Positions 37,615-50,599 of a DNA stretch of 64,000 nucleotides are shown in pieces. The first letter of the stretch is position 1; the number at the start of each line of letters is the position of its first letter. The DNA comes from Leucoraja erinacea (Eukaryota), in contig NC_073394.1 of the NCBI RefSeq assembly GCF_028641065.1, positions 34,100,001-34,164,000 of the forward strand, in the 5' to 3' direction. The notes under the pieces were generated by a model. It was given only the letters and a program-made list of their open reading frames with translations. It did no database searches and was not told the DNA's origin. A program made the position numbers and the translations under genes.

Positions 37615-38579
37615 CACCATCACCCTCTGCTTCCTTCCCCGCACGATAATCTCTATCCAGTCGACTAGCTTTCCTTGGATCCTATGTGATCTAACCTTCC
37701 AGAGCAGCTTACTATGTGGACCCTAATGAAATATCTTGATGAAGTCCATGTAGACAATATACAGGTTTACCCTCACCAACCGTTTTGGTTACTTCTTCAA
37801 AAAGCTCAATCAGATTGATAAGGCATGATATAAAGCCATCTGACTATACATGATCAGCCCATTTATCCAAATGCATACGGATCTTATCCCTCTGAATCCT
37901 CTACAGTAAATTTGCCTACCCCAATTGTGAGGCTCACTGGTCTAAAGTTCCCAGGATTTTCCTTGCAGCCTTTCTTAAATGGAAGCACAACATTACCAAC
38001 CCTCCAGTCTTTCAGCGCATCACCTGTGGCTAATGTTAGCCAGGGCACCTGCCTTTGTTCTCCAGCCTCCTCCAGTGTCATTGAATATATCTGATCAGGC
38101 CAGGAGGTTTATCTATCTTCATACGCCTTAGGACATCTAGCACTTTCTCGACCATTACATATGGACTGTCCTCATGATATATCTATTAACTGTCCCAGGT
38201 TCCCCAGTCATTATGTCCTGCTCCACATTAAAAACAGAGGAGAAATATTGCAGAACTTGTCTGTTTGCGGCTCCACACTTTGCTTCTGAGAGGCCCTGTT
38301 CTCATTCTAGTTATTATCATTTCATTAATGTACTTAGAAAATCTTTTTTGGATTTTCCTTAATATTATCTCCCAGAGAAATACATAAGGAAGAAACGGGT
38401 AACTAGAGAGAGAGTGGGACCCCTTAGGAATCAAAGCAGTCAGCTCTGTGTGGAGCTAAGGGAAATGGTCAAAATCCTCAATTAGTATTTCTCCTCAATA
38501 TTTACCGAAGATCATTCACATTCAGTACCCCGTTCCTGCCTTCTCACCATATTCCCTGACTCCGCTATCTTTAATTAAT

Positions 38580-40230
38580 TATTTGCCACTCATATGGCTC
38601 AGTTCTGTCAAGATAATAATTTAATATTGTCAAGCAAAGTGCTTTTACTTACAGATAGCTATACTTATATTAGTGAGGCCTGGCACACCACATCATGGCT
38701 GGACCACTGCATTAGTACAGCTGATGCACATGCCTCATTGAGGTGTATGAGCATTCTGTACGGGGCAGCAATGACTGATCATATACCTGTTGCTATGACA
38801 ATAAATATTGAACACATACCTGTGGTATCCAGAGATAAAAATAGCTTTAATACAGAAAAACTGGACTGGTCAACGCTTACAAAGCAAGACATCCTAGCCT
38901 ATTATGCCCATACAGATAAATCCTTAAGCAATATTAATCTACCAATAATATGTAGCAATGTTAATTGTAAAGATATGAAGCATAGGAGAGATATCTGCTC
39001 CATGTATAATGATATAGTAAGCACCTTATATGTAGGCAGTAAGCCTTACTGCAAGCATAAAAATAAGATACATAACATCAGACCTGGCTGGAATAAGTAT
39101 GTAGCTGAGTATCATACTGAAGCCCGTGAAGCCACCAAATCATGGGCTATGGCAGGTAGACCCAGACGGGCCTGTGTTTGAGCACAAGAAGCTCACTAAT
39201 GCAAGGTATACGTATGCTGTTCGCTTCATCTGTAAAAATGAGCAAGCTATGAGGGCTGATTCCATGGCTAAGAAGCTGCTAAGTAACAATGCTACAGATT
39301 TTTGGAAGGAGGTGAGAGCTCTTAGCAGTTGCAAAACATCTCTACCATGTACTGTAGATGGAATCTCCGGAACAGCTTTTCTCGCGGAGTTATGGCGACA
39401 ACATTATAGCACTTTATTCAACTGTGTCCAAGGTGACTTGTATAAGGTGGAAAATATTGAGAGTAATGACTCGATGGTGATTATGTCACATGAGGTGTAT
39501 CATGCCATGAACAAGCTGTCCAACAACAAAGCAAGTGGCTTGGATCATATCTCTGCCGAACATCTTAAGTATGCGAGTATGAGGATAGCTCCTCTCCTCG
39601 CTATTTGTTTTACTGGCTTCATGATTGCTAACCCTAACCCTATCGCAGTCGCTGCCTCAAAAAGGCTGGCAGTATCATCAAAGACCCACACCATCCTGGC
39701 CACACACTCATCTCCCTGTTACCTTCAGGTAGAAAGTACAGGAGCCTGATGACTGCAACAACCAGGTTCAGGAATAGCTACTTCCCCCACAGCCATCAGG
39801 CTATTAAACCTGGCTCGGACAAAACTCGGATTATTAATAACCACTTTCTGTTATTTGCACTTTACCAGTTTATTTATTCATGTGTGTATATATTTATATC
39901 ATGGTATATGGACACATTTATCTGTTTTGTAGTAAATGCCTACTATTTTCTGTGTGCTTAAGCAAAGCAAGAATTTAATTGTCCTATACAGGGACACATG
40001 ACAATAAACTCACTTGAACTTGAACTTGGCTTGTTACCAGACTCAATGTTGTCTGTCCTGTTAGTGCCGGTCATTAAGGACAAAGCTGGTAAAGTGGGCA
40101 GCCTAAATAATTACAGGCCCATAGCTTTAGCCAGCATATTGTCAAAAGTCTTAGAAAGTTCTGCTGGATAGAAAAAATGAGTTTGTTAACTCCACAGATA
40201 ACCAGTTTGGCTTTACTTCTCTTGGAAGTA
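38580..40230 (+). mobile_element. RTE-X-like LINE fragment (APE end and RT start), interrupted by a Rex1 3' piece
   Basis: WLDHC..TDHIPV (APE); KASGLDHISAEHLKY; VPVIKDK.G....NNYRPIALASILSKVLE. Confidence 0.75.
39628..40027 (+). mobile_element. Rex1/Babar 3' fragment with (CTTGAA)n tail
   Basis: IIKDPHHPGH..LLPSGR.Y..TTRFRNSYFP; ends catgacaataaactca(cttgaa)n. Confidence 0.8.
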
Positions 40231-40249
40231 AAGCCAAACTAGTCTAAGA

Positions 40250-40960
40250 ATCCAAATCCCTGCCTCCCGCACCAGCTCCTCAGCCACATATTCTGACCCT
40301 CTTATCTCCCTGTTCCTGCCCTCACCAGCACGATGAACTGGAAGCAAACTGGAGAAAACCACCTTGGAGGTCCTGTTTTTCAGCCTTCTTCCGAGTTCTC
40401 TGAAGCCACGCTGCAGAATGTCTTTCCTCTACCTCTCGATGTAATTTGTGCCGACATGCACTACCACTTCTGGTTGCTCCCCTTCACCCTTGAGGATGCT
40501 CTGCAATCGGTCCATGACGTCCTGGATCCTGGCACCAGGGAGGCAACACACCATCCTTGACTCCCGCCTGTTGCCGCAGAAACACCTTTCTGTACCTCTC
40601 ACAATGGAGTCCCCAACTACCACGGCTCTGCCTGGCGTTGGTCTCTTCGGTTTTGCCTCACCTTTTGACTCGTAGACCTGTTCCCCGGTCATAATGGCAG
40701 TGTCTTCCGTCCTGACAGCTTCCAAGAGGTTGAACCTGTTTTCTTGAGGTACATCCCCCGGGGTCTCCTGTACTACAAGCTTCCTTCCCTTCCCCATCGT
40801 CACCCACCTCTCTTCGGGTATCTTCGATGTAATGATCTCGCTATAGGTCCTGTCCAGGAAACTAATTTTCCAGGATGATCCTGAGGTCACACTTTCCACA
40901 TTTGTAGCAGTCAAAGGCACCATCAGTGTCCCTGACCGCCCACATCCTGCAAGCCTCACA
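40250..40960 (-). mobile_element. CR1 ORF1 fragment (SGNH esterase-like domain)
   Basis: ENRFNLL..AVVVGDSIVRG..VCCLPGARIQDV..VVVHVGTN. Confidence 0.85.
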
Positions 40961-41509
40961 CTATCAGCTTATCCGTCATATCGTCACCACGTCCAGTCCT
41001 CTACAACTTTTGGCATAGTCTCCTCTCCTCAGCCTCCACGCCGAAGACTCTTGAGAAAAAAACTCGCACTTTTCTCACCAGGTACTTCCTTCGACTAGGC
41101 CGCTTTCTCATTTATATCAATTATTTGGATGAGAACGTTCATGGCAAGATTACCAAGTTTGCAGGTGATACAAAAGTGACTGCTCCCCTAGAGCAACCTT
41201 AAATAATGACTGATGAATTGCTTAATTCGCCAATTTACCAATTTGCGAATTAAATTCCTCAGCCAATCCCTGCACTCCTTCACCTGCTGCTGACCTCTCA
41301 GCCTTTTCCTCTGACTCACTGACTTCCAGCTAAGACCAGCTCTCGCTGCTTCTGGCAGCTCCTTCTCTCCTACCTTCACAGAAAACATTTGAATCGGGCT
41401 TTTGGTGCGCTTTTTCAATCTTCTTTCCCTCTGACTCAATGACTTCCAGCCAATACTAGCTCTGGCTGCTCCTTCTCTCCTACCTTTACGAGTCGTCTTT
41501 AAATACAGG

Positions 41510-42796
41510 AGAGGTGGCGGAAGATTGGAGGGTGGCAAATGTTGTACCTCTATTCAAGAAGGGCTGCAGGGAAAATGCTGGGAACTACAGGCCAGTGAGC
41601 TTAACACCTGTTGTTGGAAAGTTACCAGAGACTATTCTGAGGGATAGGATATACAAGCATTTGGACACAAGGGCTGATTAGGGATAGTAAACCTGGTTTT
41701 GTACGTTGGAGGTTGTGTCTCACAAATCTAATTACATTTTTTGAAGACGTGACTAAAAAAGTCGATGAGGGCAGAGCTGTAGATGTTGTATGTATCGATT
41801 TCAGCAAAGCATTTGACAAGGTTCTGTATGCTAGGCTGCTCTGGAAGGTTAGATCGCATGGGATCCCAGGAGTTATAGTTGAATTGATAGAAAATTGGCT
41901 TCATTGATGGAAGCAGAGGGTGATGGTGGAAGGTTGCTTCTCGGACTGGAGGCCTGTGACTAGGGGGTACCTCAGGATTTGGTGCTGGTTGCATTACTGT
42001 TTCTCATCTATATCAATGATTTGGATGAGAACATACATGGCAAGATTATCAAGTTTGCAGATGATACAAAAGTGGGTGGTTTTGTAGACAGTGAGATGTT
42101 TGTGAAACATTTCAGCAGGATCTTGATCGATTGGCTGGGTGGACTGAGGAATGCTTGATGGAATTTAATACAGAGAAATGTGTGGTGTTGCATTTTGGAA
42201 CGTCTAACAGGAGCAGGACCTACACAGTGAATGGTAGGGCTCTGAGGAGTGTTGTAGAGCAGGGGGATCTAGGAGTACAGGTACAAGGTTCCTTGAAGGT
42301 GGAGTTGCAGGTAGATAGGGTTTTGGCACATTGGCCTTCATCAATCAGAGTATTGAAAATAGAGGTTGGGAGGTCATGTTACAGTTGTATAAGACATTGG
42401 TGAGGCTGTATTGTGTTCGGTTCTGGGCACCATGTTCTAAGAAAGATGTTGTCAAGCTAGAATGGGTACAGTGAACCCAAACTGGAATTTACGAGGATGT
42501 TGCCAGGACTTGAGGGTTTGAGCTATAGGGAGAGGTTGAGTAGGCTGGGACTCTATTCCTGGGAGCGCAGGAGGATAAGGGATGATCTTTTAGGGGTGTA
42601 TAAAATCATGAGAGGAATAGATCGGGTAGATGCACAAAGTCTCTTGCCCAGAGTAGGTGAATGGATATACTCTAGGTTTAAGGTGAAGGAGAAAAGATTT
42701 ATTAGGAATGTGAGGGATAACCATTTCACACTAAGGGTGGCGGTGGTATGGAACAAGCTGCCAGAGGAGGTAGTTGAGGTAATGACTATCTCAATG
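41510..42796 (+). mobile_element. CR1 ORF2 fragment, degraded
   Basis: NYRPVSLT, CLTNLITFFE..DFSKAFDKV, KFADDTK, LGLYSWERRR. Confidence 0.88.
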
Positions 42797-43110
42797 TAGG
42801 TATGTTGCAAAACTTACCTTCAGCAGCACTGCAGTTCTGCTGCTGCCCGTGTGCGCGACTTTCCGCCTTTGAGAGGGGGGCAGGTTTAAAACGCGATTTT
42901 TCTCTAGGCTGTTGAAATCGATGTTGTTCAGCCTACTTAGTTGCTGATGAAAAATCGCTGCGAAATTCGTTCGCTGCAGGTATTTATAAACTAAATTGGG
43001 TTATTTAATTGTTAGAGTAGATTAAAAATCATCCTCTAAAGCCGCGAACCCCGACAACGGGACGGATCTCATGTAGGGGACAAGGCAAGGTAGGTTGGTT
43101 ATTTTTACAT
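42797..43110 (+). mobile_element. End of a non-autonomous DNA-transposon-like repeat
   Basis: aggtatgttgcaaaacttaccttcagcagcactgcagttctgc; a related terminus lies in the opposite orientation at 56551-56597. Confidence 0.5.
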
Positions 43111-43129
43111 CTCTTAAATCAATAAACAT

Positions 43130-44170
43130 TCTCTTTAATCAATAACTCCCGCTCCTCTTTTACCCTGACCTCGGTCTCATCTGTATCACCTGATTCCTGG
43201 AACATTAAGCTACCAGTCCCGTCTCTCCCTTAGCCAGGTTTCCGTAATGGCTATAATGTGCCAGTCACACATACCTATCCATGTCCTGAGTTCATCCACC
43301 TTGCCCATCAGGCCGCTCACATTAAAATCAATGCAATTCAATGCAATAGTCCTTCCTCACTCCATGGCTTGTTCTTGCCTATCCTGTCTACTGAACTTCA
43401 TTTCATCACCTTCCGTACCAATTTACAGCCCTGTCACAGTCCTGCATTGGATCCCACCCCCTGCTAATCTAATTTAAACTCGCCCGTGTAGCACTGGCAA
43501 ACCTGCCTGCCAGGATATTGGTTCTCCTCCAGTTTAGGTGCAACCTGTCCCTTTTGTACAGGTCACCTCTGCCTCAGAAGAGATCCTGATGGTCCAAAAA
43601 TTTGAATCCTTGCGCACCAACTCCACAACCACGGATTTATCTGTCCTATCTTCCTGTTCCTACTCTTACTAGCGTGTGGTACTGGGAGTAATCTGAATAT
43701 CACTACCCTGGAGGTCTTTTTTAATCTGTTGCCTAACTCCCCACGATTTTGCAGGACATCAATTTTCCTACCCATGTCCTTTGTGTTGACATGTACAATA
43801 ACTTCACGCTGCTCCCCTTCCCCTTAAGATTGTCATGCAGCCACTGGATCCTGGCATCAGGGAGGCACCTGAGGAACATACCATCATTGAGTCTTGTTCG
43901 CTGCCACAGAATCTCCTGTCTGTGCCCATAACTAATGAGTCTCTTATCACTATTGCTCTGCCTGACTTTACCTTCCCCTCTGTGCCTCAAAGCCAGGCTT
44001 GATGTTACCGACCTGAGTACTGGTGCCCAACAGTATCCAAAATAGCATGCCGATGTCAAGAGCAATAACCACAGGGGACTCCAGTACTCTGTGCTTATTC
44101 CTTTTCCTGGTGGTCACTCATCTACTTTCAGCCCCTACCCCAGGTATTACTACTTCACTTTAACTCCTAT
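43130..44170 (-). mobile_element. Degraded CR1 ORF1/ORF2-start fragment
   Basis: CLPDARIQ, SRVVIF.LLPVPHAS..RN remnants of the ORF1 esterase. Confidence 0.7.
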
Positions 44171-44175
44171 CAAGA

Positions 44176-44548
44176 GTCCAAGTTCAAGAGTTCAAGAGAG
44201 TTTATTGTCATGTAATCTTCTCAGGAAGTAGAGGCGTGATGTGCTTTCTTTATAATTGCATCAGTGTTCTCGGACCAGGAGAAATCTTCAGAGATGTGCA
44301 CGCCCAGGAATTTGAACCTCTTGACCCTCTCCACCATTGACCCATTGATATAAACGGGACTGTGGGTCCCCATCCTACCCCTTCCAAAGTCCACAATCAG
44401 TTCCTTGGTTTTGCTGGTGTTGAGGGCCAGGTTATTGTGCTGGCACCATTTGGTCAGTCGGTCGATCTCTCTTCTATACACTGACTCGTCCCCATCAGTG
44501 ATACGTCCCACAACAGTGGTGTCGTCAATGAACTTGATGATGGAGTAG
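44176..44548 (-). mobile_element. Rex1 fragment with internal deletion (RT middle fused to tail)
   Basis: [33 protein letters not shown], directly followed by catgacaataaa and a (ctcttgaa)n tail. Confidence 0.8.
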
Positions 44549-45270
44549 TATGCAGGGTGACTTGGACAGGTTGGGTGAGTGGGCAGATGCATGGCAGATG
44601 CAGTTTAATGTGGATAAATGTGAGGTTATCCACTTTGGTAGCAGAAAGGCAGATTATTATCTAAATGGTGTCAAGTTGGGAAAAGCGGAAGTACAACTGG
44701 ATCTGGGGGTCCTTGTTAATCAGTTAATGAAAGTAAGCATGCAGGTACAGCTGGCAGTGAAGAAAGCAAATGGCATGTTGGCCTTTATAACAAGAGGAGT
44801 TGAGTATAGGAGCAAAGAATTTCTTCTGCAGTTGTATACGGTCTTAGTGAGACCACACCTGGCGTATTGTGTGCAGTTTTGGTCCTCTAATTTGAGGAAG
44901 GACATTCTTGCTATTGAGGGTGTGCAGCGTAGGTTTACAGGGTTAATTCCAGGGATGGCGGGACTTCATATGCTGAGAGATTGGAGCGGCTGGGCTTGTA
45001 TACTCTGGAGTTTTGAAGGATGAGAGGGGTTCTTATTGAAACATACAAGATTATTAAGGGTTTGGACATGCTAGAGGCATGAAACATATTCCCGATGTTG
45101 GGGGAGTCCAGAACCAGGGGCCACAGTTTGAGAATAAGGGGAAAGCCATTTAGTATGGAGAAAAAAAACACGTTTTCTCACAGAGAGTTGTGAGTGTGTG
45201 GAATTCTCTGCCTCAGAGGGCGGTGGAGGCCGGTTCTCTGGATACTTTCCAGAAAGAGCTAGATACAGCT
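44549..45270 (+). mobile_element. CR1 ORF2 C-terminal fragment
   Basis: WQMQFNVDKCEVIHFG..LVRPHLAYCVQFWS. Confidence 0.9.
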
Positions 45271-45394
45271 GACCACTTCATTGAATCTCGCCAACCTTCC
45301 ACCACCTTGCAACAGGTATTGGAGGAGATCAGACAAATTTAGCTTTTAGTTTTGGATTGTGGTTCAAGGGCTATAAAATAATGTGTATGGGGGA

Positions 45395-48300
45395 TTTACC
45401 TTTAGATTCCAGGTATTTATTTTATGAGAAGTTGGTGTGAGAGACTACGTGAAGAACCAGCCAACTCGCATTCGCGTCAATCTTCAAAGCAACTGTATGA
45501 AACCGCAGACCACTTGCACCAAATTAAACTATTGAAAGATTATAACGCTTGACTTACCAAATGATCTTTATGAGATTCAAGGATGGGAGTGGAGGGCATA
45601 TAGTCTCTCACTCCAACTTCTCATAAAATAAACAAACTTCAAATGGTAAACTCTCGTTTAATCTTTCTATTTTATATCGAAGTCTCGTGTAGCCTTCGAA
45701 GCTCTGATTTCATGCAGTAAACCAATCTATGTGAAAACACTAAACAGATAAACCATAAATGGTACAAAAGACATGGACATTAACAATATGATGCTACCTT
45801 TACATAGATGTACATTGCCCTTAATTGAACCACAGTCCCAATTGCCTTTGGGTTAGACAATAGCTCATGCAACACTGTTCAGAATTCTATCTGCATCTGT
45901 CCAGACATGTTCAACAAAATTTTATAACTTCTGAAAGTGCGCTTATCTGAGCCTCCTGCTGTTGCAAGAAAGTGATCAATGGGAAATATCCATTCTAATG
46001 GCTGCTGACGAGCCAGCTGCCCTGGTAGAGTGAGACTTGAAATGATTTGTACTCACTCCTGCTTTCAGCTGCTTACACTCTATCCATCTTGAAATAGTCT
46101 GCACCAACAACTCTTGCAAATCTATTATATAACTATGAAGAAACCTCTCCTTCATCTCATAGGTTCTGAATAACCTCAGTGTATCTTTTTACATAATAAA
46201 CACCCCCAATCTCTGATCTGGTGGGTATGTTGTCGTCCAACTTGTACCCAACCGTGCCTGTTTTGTTTTATGAGTTCGTTCACATAAAATGCTACACTTA
46301 TGTCAGATATGAGCGAGAGGTCCAGACGGAGATTGTGTAAAGACTGTGCTGTTTGTGCTAAAATCAGTGTCATAAGCATGACTAACTTAAAAGTAACTGC
46401 TCCAACATTAGGGATACTGCTGATGATAATCTGCATAAAAATGTATACTGATTTTCATTGCACTCTACTTTAAATCTAGTCTTTTGAGTGTTCAGATAAA
46501 AGACACTTTCCATAACCTTAGTTTCCAGTGGGTGAGAACCAATGATTTATTGTCCCACTTATAGTACTAGATACAACGACAAAGCAGTACAAGCAGTGTC
46601 AATTGCGCTATAACATAGTCGCTTCTCTTAAACCCAAACTGAAAGAAAACCACAAACCTCTGCTACTTCTGTTTAAAAGTATATCATGTGTTTCTTCACA
46701 AAACTTTCCATACAACCATGCAGTAATAGATGCACGAGAAATAGATTGAACTCGCCACCGCCCGTGTCTACGAGCAAATATAGGAGCTTCTTTCAGTGGA
46801 CTTATTTACAATGGAAGCCCAGGTTGAATAGGCCAATTTGGCACTACTTTCATTCATGTTGCCTCGTCTTGAATTATCTTAGGAGGCATCTACTGTTAAA
46901 TACCTAAGTCTTATCTGTGGGTAGGGTCCGAGACATATCTGCAGAGTTTAGGACAAAACCTAAATATGTAATAGATAATGCCGGCTCTAGTATGGACTTT
47001 CGTGGATGAATAACAAACCCTAGATATTCTAGGAGAGCCTTGGTTGCTGAGACATCTATCTCTGTGACACCTGATCTCTTCCTTACAATAAGCATGTCCT
47101 CTATAAACACCATGCCAAAATGCCCTTTAGATCTGAGTAGGGCAACATCGACTTTAGAATCTTTGTAAATAGCCTAGGGCTAGTCAACCCCTTAGGTAGA
47201 GCCTAAAATTTCCACAACTGGCCTTGCCAGATAAACCTCAGATATATCCTGTGATTCTCGTGTATTGATATGGAAAAGTATGCATCTTCGAGTTCGATTC
47301 AGGCCCTAACGCAATCCTCTGTAATCAGCTATTTTGCTGAATTAAAATGATCCATCTTAAAATGGTTATACCAAGCACATGTTCAGACTAGCCAAAGCCC
47401 AGGCATCCTCCACTTTTCTTCAATCTTGAGAAAATATTAGAAATATACCCCTCTTGTTCATGGTCAGACTGCTCATCCTTTTGTGAAATGTCTCCGTTTC
47501 AACTTGGATAGCCATAGGTTTCTCTTTAGACTGTATGTACGTAAATCTTGGCTTCTCTTGCCGCTGAGAAAATTAATCAGCCAGAAACTGAATCTTATAA
47601 GCGTTTATGATTTGTAAAATGAAAAGATCGGAGGTTATCTGTCCCCATCTGTTGTTGAACCCTCAACCTATCTCCGACTTGAATATCGTCAGCACATCTC
47701 ATCTGATGGAATAATATTCACATACCTCAACGGCCTCCACATCATTGTCGCTTTGCTGTCCAAATGACGAGACAGATGGTGGCTGTAGATGTGATCAAGG
47801 TAGTTTCTAAGTAAGCACTTGCTATAAAAACCACCAAGGCTGCCAATAAAATCATAGACAAAAGGTGATTATCATCCCCTGCCACCAAGATCCAGCAACC
47901 CCTGAGACTGACACCACCAAATATGGCCTTAGGCGGATGATCAGTAGCCTCAACAGACCCTAGATTTTGCTCTGTCCCCTTGGCTCAGGCATCGTGGCCA
48001 GCTGGGGAATTATATGTGGAGTGTGCTGCTTCCATGGTGAGTGCTAAAACCTGCGAATAAAAAGCCCATCTGGCTTGGTTTTAATTTTGTAGCCTGGTAC
48101 TCTGACCAGCCTCGGTGTAGCGGTATCTGCCACTCATTTGGTAGGGATGATATGCATGCAGGTAAATGGGAGTCTTACCTACAAAGGGTGTCTTTACCAC
48201 ACTCACCGCAGCCTTGAATTCCTCTTGCAAGTCTTTTACTTGCTAGCCCAAGTCTTCTCCAAAGATATACTTGCAGACTGCACATACTAGCCTTGCACAA

Positions 48301-48740
48301 AATTAGCATATATTGGATTCATCTCAGGCCGATACCATCCTAACACAATTGAGTTTAAACTGTATTACAGAAAAGTGTTAAGGCATTTACTGCAATTCAG
48401 TCAGCTGAGTTCTCTCCACCAACCTTGCAAAGGCCGTAATCATTTGCAAATTTTCTGAGCTTGCTGGCGTTTAAGGCCTTTTGACTTTGTTTTACCCTTC
48501 AGATAGCCCCAATTAGTGGCATTAACCTACGGACGTCCAGTGTCTGGCAGAAGTGAGGACTAGCATACTATCCAGCAGCGTCCTGCATGATCTTCTCAAT
48601 CAACTAATGAGAAGTCAAGTAACCAATGCTACTTGCCAGTTTTTCCTCCAACGGTTCTCCTATCCCATAAGGGATGGCAAATTTAGTCACAAGTACCAGC
48701 AGATCGTTATAAGACTTGAGTTGATGCATGTCATCCACCA
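45395..48740 (-). mobile_element. Old, heavily decayed DIRS1-like element (copy 4)
   Basis: Right end and ICR remnants at 45410-45710; YR FKSHSTRAAGSSAA (about 46000-46045); RT LGFVIHP.KS.LEP..ITYLGF, EDAYFSI; gag remnants toward 48700. Confidence 0.75.
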
Positions 48741-49700
48741 GGGCCGGCCTTAGGAGGTGCGGGGCCCAATTGGATAAAAATTTGTAGAAATATAAATAAA
48801 TAATTATAAATGAGTCACGTGCCGTGAGTAACATGACAATTCGGGGGAGGGTTCCTTTCACAGCATGTGGAGAGTCTAGCCAGGGGTAAAGTTGCGAGGA
48901 GGGAAGGAGCGTTGAGAAGGAGAGGGTCGGATTCATGCCAGTAACACTCACTCACCGCTGCTACGGTGCTCCGGGCCCCACCGCATTGTGGCCGGGGAGG
49001 GAAGCAGCTTGCGTGGCTACGAGCGGCCTCCATCACCGGCCAGCGGAACCGACTGCCATCTCAGTGCCTTCTGCCAGACCGCTCACCTCTGGCAGTGCTC
49101 TCCGACTGAACAGTGAGGGGACCAGCTCAAGAGATTCAAGATTCAAGATTCAATTTAATTGTCATTTGGACCCCTTGGGGTCCAAACGAAATGCCGTTTC
49201 TGCAGCCATACATTACAAACAAATAGACCCAAGACACAACATAATTTACATAAACATCCATCACATTGCTGTGATGGAAGGCCAAAAAAAACTTATCTCT
49301 CCACTGCAAGATCATAGAGCGGAGTGGGTCAGCGGGCGATGGATAACATCACAGCGGGCGGTGGAGCTTACTCCTGTGTCCAGCGCGAACAAGGGATCAA
49401 TTGAGGTTGGACTCCTCGCACCCAACGACAACGACCCGATATGGAGTAAGCTCCACCGCACGCTGTCCTATTATCCATCATAGCCCAAAGCTGACCGGAG
49501 TGGGTCTCTTGAGCGGGGAGCTAATCCCCAGGAACCAATTGACCCCCATATGGAGTCTCACCGCACCCCTATTATCCATCGCCCGCTGACCTGCTCTTGA
49601 GCTGGATAATCCCCGGCCGACCCCCTCCTTCTCAACCCTCCTGCCCTCCTTACCCTAGGACAGACCACCTCTGAAAGGAACTCCCCCCCAGCAGCGCTGT
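48739..49700. mobile_element. Probable non-autonomous hAT-like element remnant with internal inverted and tandem repeats
   Basis: Starts cagggccggccttagg..ggggccc (hAT-like terminus). ggtcagcgggcgatggataa (about 49327) is inverted against ttatccatcgcccgctgacc (about 49572). Confidence 0.4.
49128..49308 (-). mobile_element. Short 3' fragment of the GC-rich SINE-like family
   Basis: Same 3' body as 474-927; tail (GAATCTT)n. Confidence 0.8.
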
Positions 49701-50599
49701 CCTTTTTCAGCCGCTTCCCACTTTACAGCCGCTTCCCATCAGCTGCTAGCAATGAGGGATAGACTTGGCTATCCCTCAGTACAGCAACATCGTTCTTGAT
49801 GTTGCTGTACTGAGGGATAACGAAGTCTATCCTTCTTGGCTAACAAGCTAACCTTCGGCCTCCAAGATGCAGGTACATTTTCTAGCAATGTTACAAAATT
49901 TTGAGATTTTTAAAATCAAGTCTGCAATTTTATCTAACTCTGAAATTGAAGATAGACAAAAGCTGGAGTAGCTCAGCAGGACAGGCAGCGCAGTGACTCT
50001 GGAGAGAAGACCCTTCTTCAGACTGAACTGAACTCACGTCGGTGAGAGTACTTTAGATTGTCTGAAGAAGGGTCTCGACCAGAACCGCAACCCCCTCCCC
50101 GGAGCCCCTGCCCGTCACTGAGCCACCACAGACAGGGAGTTGAAGGTAGACACAGGGGGGTCCATCTTCAACTTCAGAGCCAAACAAAAAACACAGAGTA
50201 CTGGAGGAACTCAGCGGGCAAGGCAGCACCCGCGGAGGGAACATATCACTTATCAGGAGCCGCCACAGGCCAGGACTCTCCCCCTCTCTCCCCCCCCCCC
50301 CACACACACAATACTCCAGGTGTTGTTATACTAGAACTCTGTATAACTGCAGAAGGACTTCTTTGCTCCTATATTCGATTCCTCTTGTTATAAAGGCCAA
50401 CATGCCATTGCTTAGCGCTAATGGCAGGTACTCGGGAAACGTGGTAACTCGTGAAGATTTTTCAACATGTTGAAAAATGTCCACGAGTAAAATATACTCA
50501 GGATGTAAACATTTGATACTTTTTAACACAAAGTCATACCGTAGTAGCTCGTGGGTTTACCGTAGTAGGACCTGGTGTCCTATATCACTATTGTATGTT

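Larger units (their letters stand above)
33885..38370 (-). mobile_element. CR1 LINE (degraded ORF2 and 3' UTR) hosting several nested insertions
   Basis: Collinear pieces: 3' UTR at about 33885-34070, LVRPHLEYCVQFWSP (35595-35822), KFADDTK (about 36150), NFRPVSLT (about 37930). Confidence 0.8.
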
